Positions 26,201 through 39,216 of a DNA stretch of 64,000 bases are shown here, one piece after another. The notes beneath the pieces were generated by a model. The model was given only the letters and a program-made list of their open reading frames with translations, was not told the DNA's origin and did not search any database. Source of the stretch: Hyphochytrium catenoides (lineage: Eukaryota; Protista; Hyphochytriomycota); assembly GCA_900088475.1 (NCBI GenBank), contig FLMG01001010.1, forward strand, positions 62,001-126,000, in the 5' to 3' direction. Position numbers and translations under genes: made by a program. The first letter of the stretch is position 1, and each line of letters starts with the position of its first letter.

Positions 26201-26866
26201 TTTGGGTTGCTTCTCGAGGTCCCATGAGAGGCAGTAGTGTCTCTCTCTAGCTGTAGCTGCTTCTTTCTCTCCTCCTTTCGCGTTCTGGCCAGGGCCTCAA
26301 CCTGCAGCAGTAGAATTTTTGCAGGACAAATAGAAAGACAGTTCGATGAGAAAGAAGGAGGACCAGCGTTTATATGGGTCTCTCTTGTCTCGATATTTCT
26401 CTTAACATTGTCGCACCTGCGCTCTGCTTATGACAGTCGGCCTGCATTGGATTCGGAGACCATGTAGCTCAAGGGGTGTGGTTGGGCTCTGTCGAAGTCT
26501 TCAATGTCAGCCACTACATATGACCTCTACCGTAGTCCTCTCTTCTAACATACCTTTGCTGTCAATTCTAGAAGTCGGTCGCGGCAACGCTGCGCCACCT
26601 CATCATTAGTGTCTGCTCCAAGCAGCAGCACCAGAGAGTCCGAGTACTCCTATAGGACGAGGAACAAGAATAAACTCAGGAGAAGTAGGTGGTAACGAGC
26701 TAACGGGAAGACCATCGTAACACGTGTGATGCCTTGAAGAACAAAGCGCAACGAAGAGCCAGAGACTGCCAGAAGCAGTAATCGTGAGAAAATTGGAAGC
26801 GGACGCAAGGGATATGGAAGGAGCGGACAGCCCAGTCAGAGCAAGACGTACGCTCGCTTGAGTCAT
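14270..26866 (-). CDS. SPAG17: SPAG17/PF6 axonemal central-pair (C1a projection) protein, many exons
   Basis: C-terminal Ig-like domain PSIDFGDVEVGCKYQIEFQVRNVSDGASRFR...GPVAPGISVALQVEL...EDQEILLPLSANIVSS resembles the SPAG17 C-terminus. Internal motifs YQEKDNSFALLLHHP, LLYPADK, FFASFED, TLPSGL, ITYHRDGT and YYPDGT occur in the expected order. Start MTQAS at 26866 is followed by a GTACGT donor. Not every internal exon was traced. Confidence 0.82.
16142..16187. repeat. 24-bp period tandem duplication in a SPAG17 intron
   Basis: gaagatatatcaaagaagcgca occurs at 16142 and 16166. Confidence 0.9.
22287..22323. repeat. 19-bp period tandem duplication in a SPAG17 intron
   Basis: agatgaatgtacttggtt occurs at 22287 and 22306. 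Confidence 0.9.
25611..25730. repeat. Perfect 60-bp x2 tandem duplication in a SPAG17 intron
   Basis: gagagaaaggataaaaaggaatgagtcgacggagaaggtgggaaagaacgagagtgcaat is repeated exactly, next to a (GA)n run. Confidence 0.97.
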
Positions 26867-26970
26867 CTCGCTTGCCTGACCCGCTCCTGCCGGCTAGCTC
26901 GGACCAATAGCGCTATCAACTATCTCACTATGATAAACATCCTTGTTAGTAATAGCGCAACACATCGGTG

Positions 26971-27541
26971 ATGGAACGGATGGCAGCGCCAGCGCTAGGT
27001 GTGGGCTACGAAGAAGCTCTTCTCCCTCTATCGCTCCGTCATCTTCCCTTGCTCCGTTGTCACTTCTCTTCTCCTCCCGCTTCTCTCTTTCGCTTGCCTT
27101 TCACCTCTCCACTGTCCGTCTCTGTCTGTCACGCGGCAGTCTCGGAGCCTCATCACTAGAAAGAAGGACGTTACAGCAATTCGACGACGCCATATTCCGA
27201 ATAGACACAGCTATTTCGAGCGTTATCCTTACGGAAATCTCTGATATTAGAAATAAGCATAGTTGCGGACTTGAGAGGATTCTGAAGGTTGGACTCTTGT
27301 TCTCTTATGACCTTTGGAGAGAACAGGATCGCGGCGGCACGAGGATCGCGGGGGCATGCAGCCCACTAGCATTGTTCACTTGCCGAGTAAGGCAGCGCCT
27401 TCTACTTGCCTACCATCTCTATCAGTGGCCATAGAGACGAGAGCCGGAGAGGTGTGTCATTCGCTATCTAATGGTGACGTAGAAGAGATGCGACATGCAC
27501 ACAGGCATTCAAACCTTTTGAATAAATATGCAGCAGGGTAG
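26971..27541 (+). CDS. Candidate small spliced gene (helical micro-protein); 3' exon uncertain
   Basis: ATG 26971/26980; exon 1 to 26998; pyrimidine-rich GT-AG intron 26999-27159; exon 27160-27287 gives MERMAAPALERRTLQQFDDAIFRIDTAISSVILTEISDIRNKHSCGLERILK; several possible last exons. Confidence 0.35.
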
Positions 27542-27572
27542 CTAGCGCTCATCCTCGTTGCCTTCTACGTTT

Positions 27573-30500
27573 CTACCATCTAATACCCATGGGATTCGAC
27601 AGTTCTAACTTTGGCACTGCGTGGTATCTTGTATGAAACATCTTCCTCGCTTCCCGTGAGAAAGGTGCGGCTTTAAGCTCGTCTTCGTATACTGTGTGAA
27701 CGAACGGGTTCTGGTCCGGACTCCTAAAGACTCTCGCATGAAATAGCTCACTTATCTTGGCCACTCTTTCCTTCAATGCTTGCGAGTTCTGCACCTTGAT
27801 CTGTCCACCGCCATTTAGACAGCCTGACGGACATGCCATGATTTCCACAAAGTCATAGGTGCACTTTCTTCTCTTGATCTTTGTCAGAATGCTCTGAATA
27901 TTTCTAAAGCCATAGGCAATAGCGAAACGAAGCTTCACCTCTCCGTCCACCTCTAAGACTGCTTCTCTATAAAGCAAAGTAAGAGTTAGGGCAGATGAGA
28001 CCTGGGCACCAATGCTATGTCTCTAAAAGCGAGTTGAAATATGACCTAACGTAAGGCAGTTGGCCTGTACGGCGCAGTCACCCCAGACGACGCATATCGG
28101 TGTATCTGAAGGTTGACTAACCTGAAATCCGCATTCCTTCCTGCTGTATAGAGAATCGGCCCGTTGACTGTCACGTTGAATAGCTTCAGAGCTGCATAGC
28201 GGTATATGTGCTCTAAATAACCGCCAGACCCTGCATTGGCCTCCACACCGCCGAGTAGGGCGCAGCCGTCTGCAGACAACGAAGACAGAGGAAGGTCCTC
28301 TGGTGGTATTGAGCCCTCGGGCAGGGAGGGTAGATCCACTACAGCACGATAAAACGCATGTTAGCTTTGTTTAAAAACATAATACAAAGCGATGCGGGCG
28401 GCAAAGGATCACGGTGAAGGTTTCCTACCATGCTTTTCGTCCATCAAGCCAACAATCTCATTGGTAGCTAAAACAAGGTCTACGTCTCTGCTATCGTAAA
28501 CCTATAAAGAGCGTCACCACTGTAAGAACAGCTGCTTAAATAAGGCAAACTCGAGACTTCACGAGATGGAGGTGTGTCCATTGTGAAGAACACCTATCTG
28601 TGAGACTATTTGACCGCCCTACGCAGAGGTGGAGATGTAGACCACCACAAGAATGCATCTTATAATGCTTACCTCGTCATAGAAGTCCTTTCTTGAGGCC
28701 TCAAGCTTCTTGTCATAGCAAGGCATCACAGCGACATGATACACATCAGAGGAACGCAGTCCTAGGTGGAGCCACAAGACGGCTTAGGGAAAATGAAGCG
28801 AATAAAGCACCTTTTGAAAGTTTAGAGGCTAGAAACTGGCAAAGATAGAGGTCCACTGTCAGCGACACGTCAAGGGGAGCCAGGGAAATGATAGCCGGAG
28901 GAGCGTTCGCCTAAAATGTGCCAGGAAAGGAGTAAGGCTTCCTTCCAAAGTCAGCGGGTTCTTACCTGCCCTGTTCGCCAGCACTTTCTTCACAAGCGTG
29001 CCCATCATCTGCTGCGGGGACTTGGTGGTAGAGATGTACGGAATGGCCTGAGGATAGGTCTTCTCTGCATAACAAACCCAACCAGGACATGAAGAGGCTA
29101 ACATAGGCAGAGCCTCGTAAGGATGCTGTCATCAAGAAATAAGGCAAGAAAAGAGCAGTTATTAGCCACTCAGTCGTGAAGGAAGGTAGCGCGTCATTTG
29201 TAACAAACTTGATAAAGCAAGTGGTTGGGCCACGTAACAAGTGAGAGACAGTGGAGGGCGAAATAGTGACTCGCATTGAGCTGAAGAACGGCGTAAAGAA
29301 GCAGCCTGAGCATCCTCCAGCAGGTCCAGTCTCACCTCGTCAGTCTCAGTCAGCTCCATCGGGTCCGACCCATCGGAATCTCCAGGACATAGCGATTTGG
29401 TGGACGAAACAGCTATGGATACAGGAGGAGCCTTCCACCCTACGTCTTTTCTCCCCCTGTACCTGGCAAGGAACTCTTCTCTTGCCTCTATGAGAGAGAA
29501 GTCGGCCGCGGAAGAGGTATCGAAAACGTGATCTACGCCTAAGTTGTCTTTGAACAATGTGACAAGTTTCTTGAAGGTCTGGAGTGAGGTTAGATTGTAA
29601 TGTGCGGCCAGTGAAGCCACAGCCTGCGGCGATATTGAGACCACAATCTGTTGAAGGACGGGTCAGCGTAAAGCCAGGGGGAAGTACATAAAACGCGACT
29701 CCGGGACAGTTAAGAGAGACTTTTCAGGAGAATCAGGCGAAGGCCCTAGCTGAAGAAAAGGTATATACTGGTCAACAATATGCCAATGAGAGATATTCTA
29801 TAGATATTACCTTCTTTGCCCTCTGACCCTTGAGCACTGCCAAGAACTCTGCAGCGCTTTGCTGAGTGATCAGCACTGTTTCGGCGGATGTTACACAGCT
29901 GCGGAACAGGCACAACATCCAGTGAGGACTTCCGTCCGGACCTCAGTCAGTTCAATATTCTCCCTTTACTTCCTTGCTCTCGTTCTCCGAACATTTCTAT
30001 AGTATCTAGTTTCGCTATGCATTACCTCTGTGTTTATAAAGCACATTCTCTCCATATTCTGTCCTCCTAACCTCAGTTGTCCCAAACCCCAAACTATTCC
30101 TTCTTTTCCTGCGAGAGTCGCTGAAGCACTTACCCGCTACACGCGAGACAGTCATTGAGAGATACCGTGGCGGAGTTAGTCGCCGACTTTTTGATCAGGT
30201 CCGGGCGAATGACCTCTTCTGTCTAGATGACTGGAGTGTTAGGCTCTTCAAATCGCGCTCACGTTAAAAGGTCTCTACCCGTCGGAGCAATGCCACTGCA
30301 CGTTCTTCTGTGCCTTTATAGCTGTATCCCTCTTCCCATTTTTCAGATTCATCCTTATCCCCTGCTGCCTGCTGCCCTGACTGTTGCTGTCTAGATCGAT
30401 CCCGTTGTGTTCACACCTTGCCAACTCTGATAGGTTCCTCCTTTTCAATAATTCTAGCTGACCAAAGGAATACTCGCATAACCCCTCCTGATTCTCTTAC

Positions 30501-30674
30501 CTCTATGGGGAACCCTGAGTAGTCGCTCTGCAGAGTAATTTTTGCTGCGCCAACCTTCTCAGGGTTGCCTTTCTTTGCCTCTTTGGATTCGGACGATGAA
30601 CTGAATATTGGATTGACGCAGGACTGGGAGGGGCCAATAAAGTCGTCCAGGTCGCCCAAGAACACAGATGCCAT
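27573..30674 (-). CDS. NARFL: Cytosolic Fe-S assembly factor Nar1/NARFL (CIAO3), [FeFe]-hydrogenase-like
   Basis: [102 protein letters not shown] and terminal W before TAG. Confidence 0.96.
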
Positions 30675-31620
30675 TGTTCTACAATCCAAGAGTCCGACGC
30701 TCTTGGTGAGTGAGCGTTACTATCGACCTCCGCTCTCTCTTTTATCTCTATCGCGAACCTTGCTAGGCCAGGTCAGGATGTAGCTCTGCTAATGAGCTAG
30801 TTGCGCATGTGCTCCTTAATTCCAGAACTATGCCTTGTTGATGCCGATGCAAGAAGAAACTGGCGGGCGATGGCGCGGGGAAGTAGACGGGCACACAGCT
30901 CAAATTTACTCTGGAAGCGTTGCTGTCACGTTATGGCGGCTTCATAATCTTCTGCCCCACAGCCACATCAACATTCTTCATCATTCCATCAGCAGCTCCA
31001 TCCGTGCATCTCCACTCCCTGACGTCCTATCTCTCTTTCGTGCGTGCTCTCTCTCTCTCCAATCTTTTTATCGCTTAGCTGCCCAGTAGCCTAAAGGCTT
31101 ATGTATCTCTCTCTTGCTCTTTCTACCCCTTGTGCCTCTTCTGTCTAGATTCGTCCGCTTTACTGTCTGCCTTCCTCTCCAATTTGTCTCTTCACTTTCT
31201 GCTATGTTCTTATCCCAGAATAAATCGGCTAACGGCTAACGGAATCGAGACTGTTAGCAGTGTACTGGCGATAACTGAGCTGTACGCATGCGGAATAGGA
31301 TTGAGTCTATGGCCCTATTAATGCGAGCCTTTCCTCGGAGAGCGGTTAATCCCTGGATCTGTGAGAATGAATGGAGATCGGAGTTTGACCTACTGAAGCT
31401 CGCTCTTGGCTCACCGCAGATCTGAAGCGATGAGAGGATGAAAGTATTGGCAAGCCGTAGCAGACATGCCACACAGGCAAGCACTCGAGCGGCAGAGAAA
31501 GATCTGGAGACTGCAGTCTACAAGGCTTTGGCGGTTTGGAGCTAAACCGGGCAAAGTCAAACTGCCTGGCAAGCTATCTTGGGAGAAAAGCTTCCCTTCT
31601 TCTAAGCCTGGGTTAGAGTC

Positions 31621-34600
31621 ATGAAGAAGTTGCTCTCGACATCACGTCGTGGGCTGCCAGTGCGCCGTAATCCAGGCACAGCAGGCAAGAAAGCGCCGGA
31701 GCTTGTGGCAAGGGGTATCTCAACATGCCAATACTCGGGATGGACCAAGAGGTTGTCACTCCTCAGTCAACGGAGTTGGGAAAGGTGAGAGGTGATTCGG
31801 TCAAAAATCAGGTCAAGGAGAGCGACTGATCGTTCTTCCTGGAATGAATCAGGCCAGTAAGCTCGGCAAGTGCAGGCCAGAAACGACGATTGGCGAGCAC
31901 TCCCGGGGGAGTGAAGTATCGTAAGGACTACAGTCCGCCTCCCTTTCTAATTGACAAGGTGGACCTCGACTTTGACATTGTTAGTGACTCTCACACCAAG
32001 GTGAGTGGACTCAAAACTTATCGGTAGCTGGTCCTTCGGGTCACTGTCTTTGGGATGTACTCGTACCTGAAATAGCAGTCAGAAGGCTTTCAATACGCGG
32101 TCAATAGCTCTATTCGTGACATTGCATTTCACAGAGCGACAAATCAATCTAGACGCATACTAAGCGGAATCTGACAGGTGACTTCTAGGCTTCAAGTAAA
32201 GCCTAACAAGGGCACCAAAGCTGGCGCACCCCTGATTCTCGATGGAGAGAAGATGCAACTGCTAGCAGTACGGGTAAGTCCGAAAGCGAACAATCTTCAA
32301 GGGTCTGTCATGGTCTTATCCTGCATAAAGTACGTGACGTCTTCGCGTTAAGACAACCCTAAGCATAGCTGCGATCGTGTGCTAATCGCTCTTTATGCCA
32401 GGTGAATGGCAGGCCCCTGTCGTCCTCCGAGTACTCCGTCTCCACCGACAAGCTGCACATCCATAGTACTCCGCTATCTGCTGACCAGTTTGAGTTGATC
32501 ACTGAGGTCCTCTTGGATCCCTCCTCAAACACGGCGCTAGAAGGGTTATACAAGGCGGGAGCAGGGCTCTATACTCAGTGTGAAGCTGAAGGATTCCGAA
32601 GAATTACGTACTTCTTAGATCGACCTGACGTCCTTTCAAAGGTATGCAACAGAATGATGGATGAACGAGATGGTTTAGGGAATGATACTGAAAGCAATAA
32701 GAGGTCATCAAAAGAGAGAGCAGCCTAGATCTGAGGGAACGGACCTAAGATGCCCGTATTGTCTGGATACGGACGGACGCTTGCTAATCTGGTTGCGAGA
32801 GCCTCTCGGGGCGATGATCTCCAATCTTATTCCTCAAGCAACAGTATGGAGAGTATCTCGGGGGCATATCCCTCTGCTTTTCCTATGCTCTATCAAGGGA
32901 AGAGCTGGGGTTTGCTCGTACATTCCTACGCTCTCTCATTCTCTAAGTAGAAGTCTCCCTCTTTGATCATGTCATGTTGAATACAGTCCTTCTGTCTGTA
33001 GTACACGACTACCATCCGCGCAGCGAAGGAGGCATTTCCCTTCCTCCTCTCGAATGGAAACCTTGTAGCAGAGGGATCCACAGAAACTGGGAGAAGATGG
33101 GTGAAGTGGGAAGACCCCTTCCCCAAGCCTTGCTACCTCTTCGCCCTGGTGGCTGGTGACCTGGAGAAGAAGTCCAGCAACTTCGTGACAAGGTCCGGCA
33201 GAGAGGTTTGAACCGATATCGGACTAAGTCTACACGCTCGTTGCCTTTGGTCATGGCTGTGGTTTCCAGTGCACTTCCAAAATTCATATGACAGCGTACG
33301 CCTCCTTCACCGGACAGCGTTTTGCACTGTCCAGAATTGGTGTCCCTCTCCTGCTTCCATTCACCGCATCTTTAGCTTTTGCATCAAGCACTTATTGGCT
33401 CACCGTGGGCATGGTTCTTATTATTACCTTGTACACATTGTTCTTGTTGCCTGTCCCCTTACCTGTTCGACGACACATCAATAGGTCCTGCTGGAGTTCT
33501 ATGTGGACAAGGGTAACGGCTCTAAGGTGGACCATGCCATGTCCTCTCTAAAGAAGAGTATGCGTTGGGACGAAGAAGTGTATGGGCTAGAGTACGACCT
33601 TGACAGGTATATGATCGTTGCTGTCAACGACTTCAACATGGGTGCCATGGAAAATAAGGTGAGACTGACTTTACCTCCAGTCTCCTTATGTTTATCCTTT
33701 CTCAACATCCCGGTCTACTTCTAGCTACAGCGAAGTTCACCTTATTGAATGTATGTTCGAGTTGCTGTTTGCCTTGATGGCATGTCCATCACTCTCTCCC
33801 CATGTCTCTCCCGATTACTCTTTCTCTCTGCTTGGCAATCTGGTTGTTGCGACGATCCAGTCGCTTCAAGCTTAATCCCCAAGCTAAAGTATTGGTGCGC
33901 TTCTCAGTGTCAGCTTCTTGAGGGTTATCCTCAAGGCAGCCCCACTGAGAAGGCACGCGGGGATCTCCCGTTGGAAAAGCCTATTTCCGGTTTCTCGTCG
34001 ATGAGAAACCAGAGGAGGAATCCACACAGATACCAACAGGGCCATCACGCCCTTTACTGCTTTACATCTCTGCTGGCGTATCTATTCACACCATCAGGGC
34101 TGTTTCCTATTGAACGCCTGCACGACGCATGGCACATGCTCTAACGTCTTGTGTCGCGTTGTTCTCATTGCCAAATAACGCCTAGGGCTTAAATGTCTTC
34201 AACAGCAAGTATGTCTTGGCCTCCCCCGCCACCGCAACAGACGCTGATTTTGCAGGCATTGAGACGGTTATAGCGCATGAATACTTCCACAATTGGACCG
34301 GGAACAGAGTGACATGCCGAGACTGGTTCCAGCTATCTCTGAAGGTGAAACTCAACTTTCTCATTGCCTCCTCCTTTTCTCTTTTATTGTTCTATTTCAC
34401 CCTACACTCTCTATCATGGCCGTCCTTCTGCCCTAGCTTGGCTTTCTGATCTGATTGTACAACCTATCGTCTTCTCATATGGCACCTAAGCATCAGAAGC
34501 CATCAGCTAATTTCATCTGTCTCTCATGCAATTGCGTTCGTAGGAGGGGCTGACAGTCTTCCGGGACCAACAGTTCAGTGGCGATCAGCTTTCTCCTTCT

Positions 34601-37600
34601 GTGCAGAGAGTGAAGGACGTACGACTTCTTCAGAGTCATCAGTTCCCAGAGGATGCAGGACCATTCGCGCATCCCGTCCGACCGGAGTCTTATGTTGAGG
34701 TAAGAGTCATGTCGCCCCGTATAAATGAAAGCATTTGGGACAGAGTGCTGGATGCCGACATATATGCGAGAGATATGAGAAGCAAAGGAGGGCAAGAACA
34801 GATAGAGATAAAGAAGGTTTGAGCGAGCAATACGTATGACGAGGACACGCTCCTTGAAAGCCCTTCGGTTCACAAGCGGGAAGAGATTGCTTCTCTAACG
34901 CATTTCTTTGCGCCGGCTTTAGATGAACAACTTCTACACGTCCACAGTATATAACAAAGGCGCGGAGGTGGTTCGGATGTACCACACGCTCTTGGGGGAC
35001 GACGGATTCCGAAAAGGGTCAGTAATTAGCTGGGCCTCGTTGGCCTCTGCGCTTCTTTTTTCGTGCTTTACCTTGGTTTCAGAAAGACGGAGTTTGGGTC
35101 CATGCACGTCCTGGTTGCCTCCTCTGCTCACTTGGTCCAGCTTGAGTAAGGTGGCCCGTCTTACTTTTGCTTTTCGCTTAGAATGGACTTGTACTTTCAG
35201 CGCCATGACGGCCAGGCAGTTACATGCGATGACTTTAGACAGGCAATGGCTGATGCCAATGGCTTAGACCTCACTCAATTTGAGGTAACCAGATCAGAGC
35301 CAAAATCTAGTAGCATTATGTCTCCACCTGCTCTTTATTCTTTTGCGCTGTCACTTCTTTTGCTTGTCTTGACTGTCCTTTGCGCTTGTCTCGGACTTGT
35401 CCGTACTACTTCCTTGCCGATTTGGTAGCGTCATTATCCTGTCCAGTTGATGCAACAAAGTTTTGTTTCTTGGACTTTTGTTTCTTGGACAACCTCTTCC
35501 CTTCCCTAACCTATCCTTATTCCTTATCTACAGCGCTGGTACCTGCAAGCTGGAACGCCTGAGGTGCAGGTGTCGCATAGCTATTCAGAGGAACATGGCA
35601 CCTTTTCTCTAAAACTGACTCAAGATTGCCCGTCTACGCCCGGCCAACCTGGAAAAGAGAAGAAACCATTCCTGTTACCCGTGCGAATGTCTCTGCTAGG
35701 TGAGAGGCTGCAACACTCTACTGAAGGCGGCCCTCCTATCTTAGGCGGCGCCATTATTTCCTGCTCTTCTCTTTGTGTCTCTCATGGCTTCCCGGTTTGC
35801 TTACCTCGACCGTTCATATAGACTCAAGTGGGAAAGAGATGGAGGTGCGGCTGAAGGCGAATGATGGCCTGACAAAGGATGACGGATCCGGAGAAGCTGT
35901 TTTGCAATTCAAAGAGAGAGAACAAGAATTTGTCTTCACAGGGGTAAAAGAAAAGCCCTATCTCTCTCTCTTTCGGGACTTCAGCGCCCCAGTGAAGGTG
36001 AAGTACGATCGGAGGACCGATGAAGAGCTCAGTTTCTTGATGGCTCACGACACTAACCCTTTTAACCGGTAGGACGATGAGTTATTATCTCACTGATGTC
36101 TCTCTAGGTCCCCAATTTCCTGGATGTGGCCTTATTTCTCCATCTTCGATCCCTTTGTCCCCTTTCCTCACATTCTCAGACAACGTTGACACACTCTGGA
36201 GCACCTGACTCACATAGCTCACTTGACACGTCTAGTTGGGCAACCGGACAAGAGTTCGCCACTCGGCAGCTGATGGCCATGATTCAATCTCGAGCAGAAG
36301 CCATTCGGACTGAGAGTATTGCTCATTTAGCCATGGATTCCTCGTTCTTAGTCGCTATGCAGAAGACACTGCAATCGGTACTGATGGAGACAGGAGACCA
36401 AAGGAATGGAGCGGATAAGCACGCTGTGGCACTGGAGCTGCAGCTTCCTTCCTTCTCCTCTCTAGCCGAGGAGGTTGGGAAAGATATCGATCCATCTGCT
36501 ATTCACTCAGTGATGAAGTTCGCTCGGATACAGTTGGCTCAGTTCCTTAGGACAGATCTTCACAAGGTCTATAGGAGCTGTGGAGGGCTGGATTACAAGG
36601 CCGAATACGTCTATGAGAAGGTAAGGCAAAGCTCTTGATATCCTCCACACCTGGTCCTTTACGCTATGTTGACGTATCCGACTTGGTGTTTCCTTACCTC
36701 TTCCACTAATGGCCCTTGTGCGGCCAATGACTGTCAAGCCTGAATTATAAAATCTCTTCTTACGCTGTCATCCCGGCACTACTCTCTACATGTGGTCACT
36801 GACGTTTCGGACTTTCTAGGATGCAGTAGCTCGGCGGTCGCTGAAAAATGTCTGCTTGGATTATCTCAAGGAGTTGGCGGGCATGGACCGTCAGGTTCTT
36901 CCGATGGCCAAGCATCAGTTCTTGACTGCAGGAAATATGACGGACACACTCGCTGCCTTCTCAGCCATCCTTAACTGTATGGCTGCTCCACAGGCCGTGA
37001 AGGACGAGTGTGTACAGGTGCGATATATAACTGCCTTCAAATATAGCGATGGTGGTCACCCTCAATGTATGGCTTTGAGTCATTTCTTCTCTTTGAGGCT
37101 CAAACCTCTGTGCTTTCGGATTAAAGCTCCGCGGTAGACTTTCTGAGGAACAATCTTGCTTCCTCCCGGCTCAGCACTGTCTCAGCCTCTCTCTCCTCTT
37201 CCTTTACTTTTTGGATTCTACCCCTACTCATCATCTGACGCGGTTTTTTGTTTAGGCTTTCTATGACAAATGGCATCAGGACCCATTAGTGCTGGATAAA
37301 TGGTTCGCCTTGCAAGCATCGGCAGACGTCCCTGATGCTATAGAGGTGATGCCGTGTGAAGTCCTAGTTGCCCTGTGTGTCACTTCCTTTTTGCCTTGCG
37401 CGACCCCTTGGAACCAGATACTGATGTCTGATGGCCTCTAAGGCAGCTTCGTGCGCAAAAGTATCCTCCACTACTCTTGCAGCTAGGGTTTATAACCTCA
37501 ACTCACTCCTTGGCCCTGTTCCCGCTTGACAGGTGGTGGAGAGACTCATGTCACACAAGGACTTCACATTAAAGAACCCGAACCGAGCTCGTTCAGTGCT

Positions 37601-37862
37601 TTCAATCTTCTCTATGGCCAACCCAGCGCACTTTCACTCGCCATCAGGCGATGGGTATCGGCTACTCGCTGACTCTGTCCTTATGCTGAGCGACATCAAC
37701 CCGCAAGTGGCCTCGCAAGTGGTGAACCCTCTCCTTAGCTGGATGCGCTACGAAAAAGCGAGGAAGGAGCTCATGCACCAGGAACTAGAACGTATTGCGA
37801 TGAAAGACAATCTCTGTGCCGATGTCAGGGAGAAGGTCACTAAGAGTCTTGGGCAGAGCTGA
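31621..37862 (+). CDS. pepN: Aminopeptidase N, M1 family, PepN/bacterial-type, about 17 exons, with N-terminal extension
   Basis: [115 protein letters not shown]. Start inferred at ATG 31621. Confidence 0.96.
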
Positions 37863-38891
37863 AACTGATGGAACGACGAGTAATAAACGTTTATGACCGG
37901 ATGTTCGATTCTATGTCGGCAAAGACGCTCTCTTGTTTTGGCAAGAGGTCCAGGGAGCTTGCTTCTCCAAGAGAGTCAAAAGTGGCGCAGAACAGCGGTA
38001 CCAAAAGCGCTAATAGAAGGCTGACAGTCCCCATTCGGTCTCTGTACTGGTAGTAGGGAGGGGTGTACGCTGCTTTCTGGCAGACCACAATGCCTCCTAC
38101 ACTGTTCAACTCAGAGTTGGAGCCCAACGCCTGCCCCTATGTCCTTGTAAAGGAACTGTCATGTCACTGTGTCTATGTCTACTGCAGTAATCAGGATTAG
38201 CATCCGATAAGAGCGGAAGAAAGGACCCCAAGGAATCAGATATGTATGCATATACTTCCCACGGGCCATAACATGAGAGCAAAAGGTCCTAGAAGGAGAC
38301 TGAAACATGAGCAAATAGAAGCAGGCTCGCGACATTTACTAGCGGCATTGGCAATGAGAAGCACCGCACAAGTTGAAGATTTCTGAAGCTTTCTTGGCCT
38401 GTTGAGCTTTTTTGTCCTTTACCTCTTAGTGGCGAGGGGGACTAGTTATCAATAAGCGGTTAATCACCAAGAAAACTACATCTAGCCAAACTCCGAGACC
38501 CAATAGTTTCTATAAAGCTGATGAGAATGTTATCTTTGTCCCAGGTGTTGTAGTTTAGCGCTGCTTGTGAAGGGCGGGATAGCGGAGTGTTGCACCTGCA
38601 TGAGTAAGTAATAGGGTAACAAACACAATGTCACGGATTTGATAGACTTATGGGTTTGAATGTGATATACATACAACACCTACAGAGGCACAAGGGAGTG
38701 GGTTTGGCATCAAACTGTGTCTGCCGCCTGATGGTGCTGGTGGCTCCAGCTCATTTCACTGGAGGGCAGAGAGCTTGGATTATCGGCTACCGCGTCTGCG
38801 CCAGAGCTTCAATTCCTCATTTCGCCCCTCCTCGTTGAGCTCCAGAACAAGCTTGTGTCTTTGAACACGAGTCCGCCCCACCAGACAGCAA

Positions 38892-39215
38892 GTAAGTAGT
38901 GCGTAAGGTAGTAGGAACGTAGATGGCCTTGGGAAGGGCCAGTGTCGTTTGCGAGCTCCTTGCAAACAAAAATGAGAACCACTACTTGTCGGGCCCGCTA
39001 GATGCAAGAAACCTTTCCAGGGGGAAGCACTTCATCTACTGACCTTGGCATTGGACGTCGGCTTCATCATCTACTTTGCGCCATTGCGATTGATGATGAG
39101 GCCAACGACCGCAAGGAGGCGCGATCACACTTCCTATCTCTAAATATGCTAGGAAGATGATCGATGACCTTGGCTGACTTTGCCTCTCACTGTCGTTTTT
39201 GTTCTGATGTTGTAG
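38892..39215 (+). promoter_or_regulatory. Probable 5'-UTR intron of RPS15A containing two hairpins
   Basis: GTAAGT at 38892; CTGAT branch near 39204; TAG acceptor ending 39215, 1 nt before the ATG; inverted repeats at 39043-39116 and 39122-39163. Confidence 0.55.
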
Positions 39216-39216
39216 C

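Noticed and set aside
39000-39180. U3 or U14 snoRNA
   Set aside because: No U3 box A/A' 5' domain and no U14 antisense elements; kept only as a generic structured-RNA candidate.
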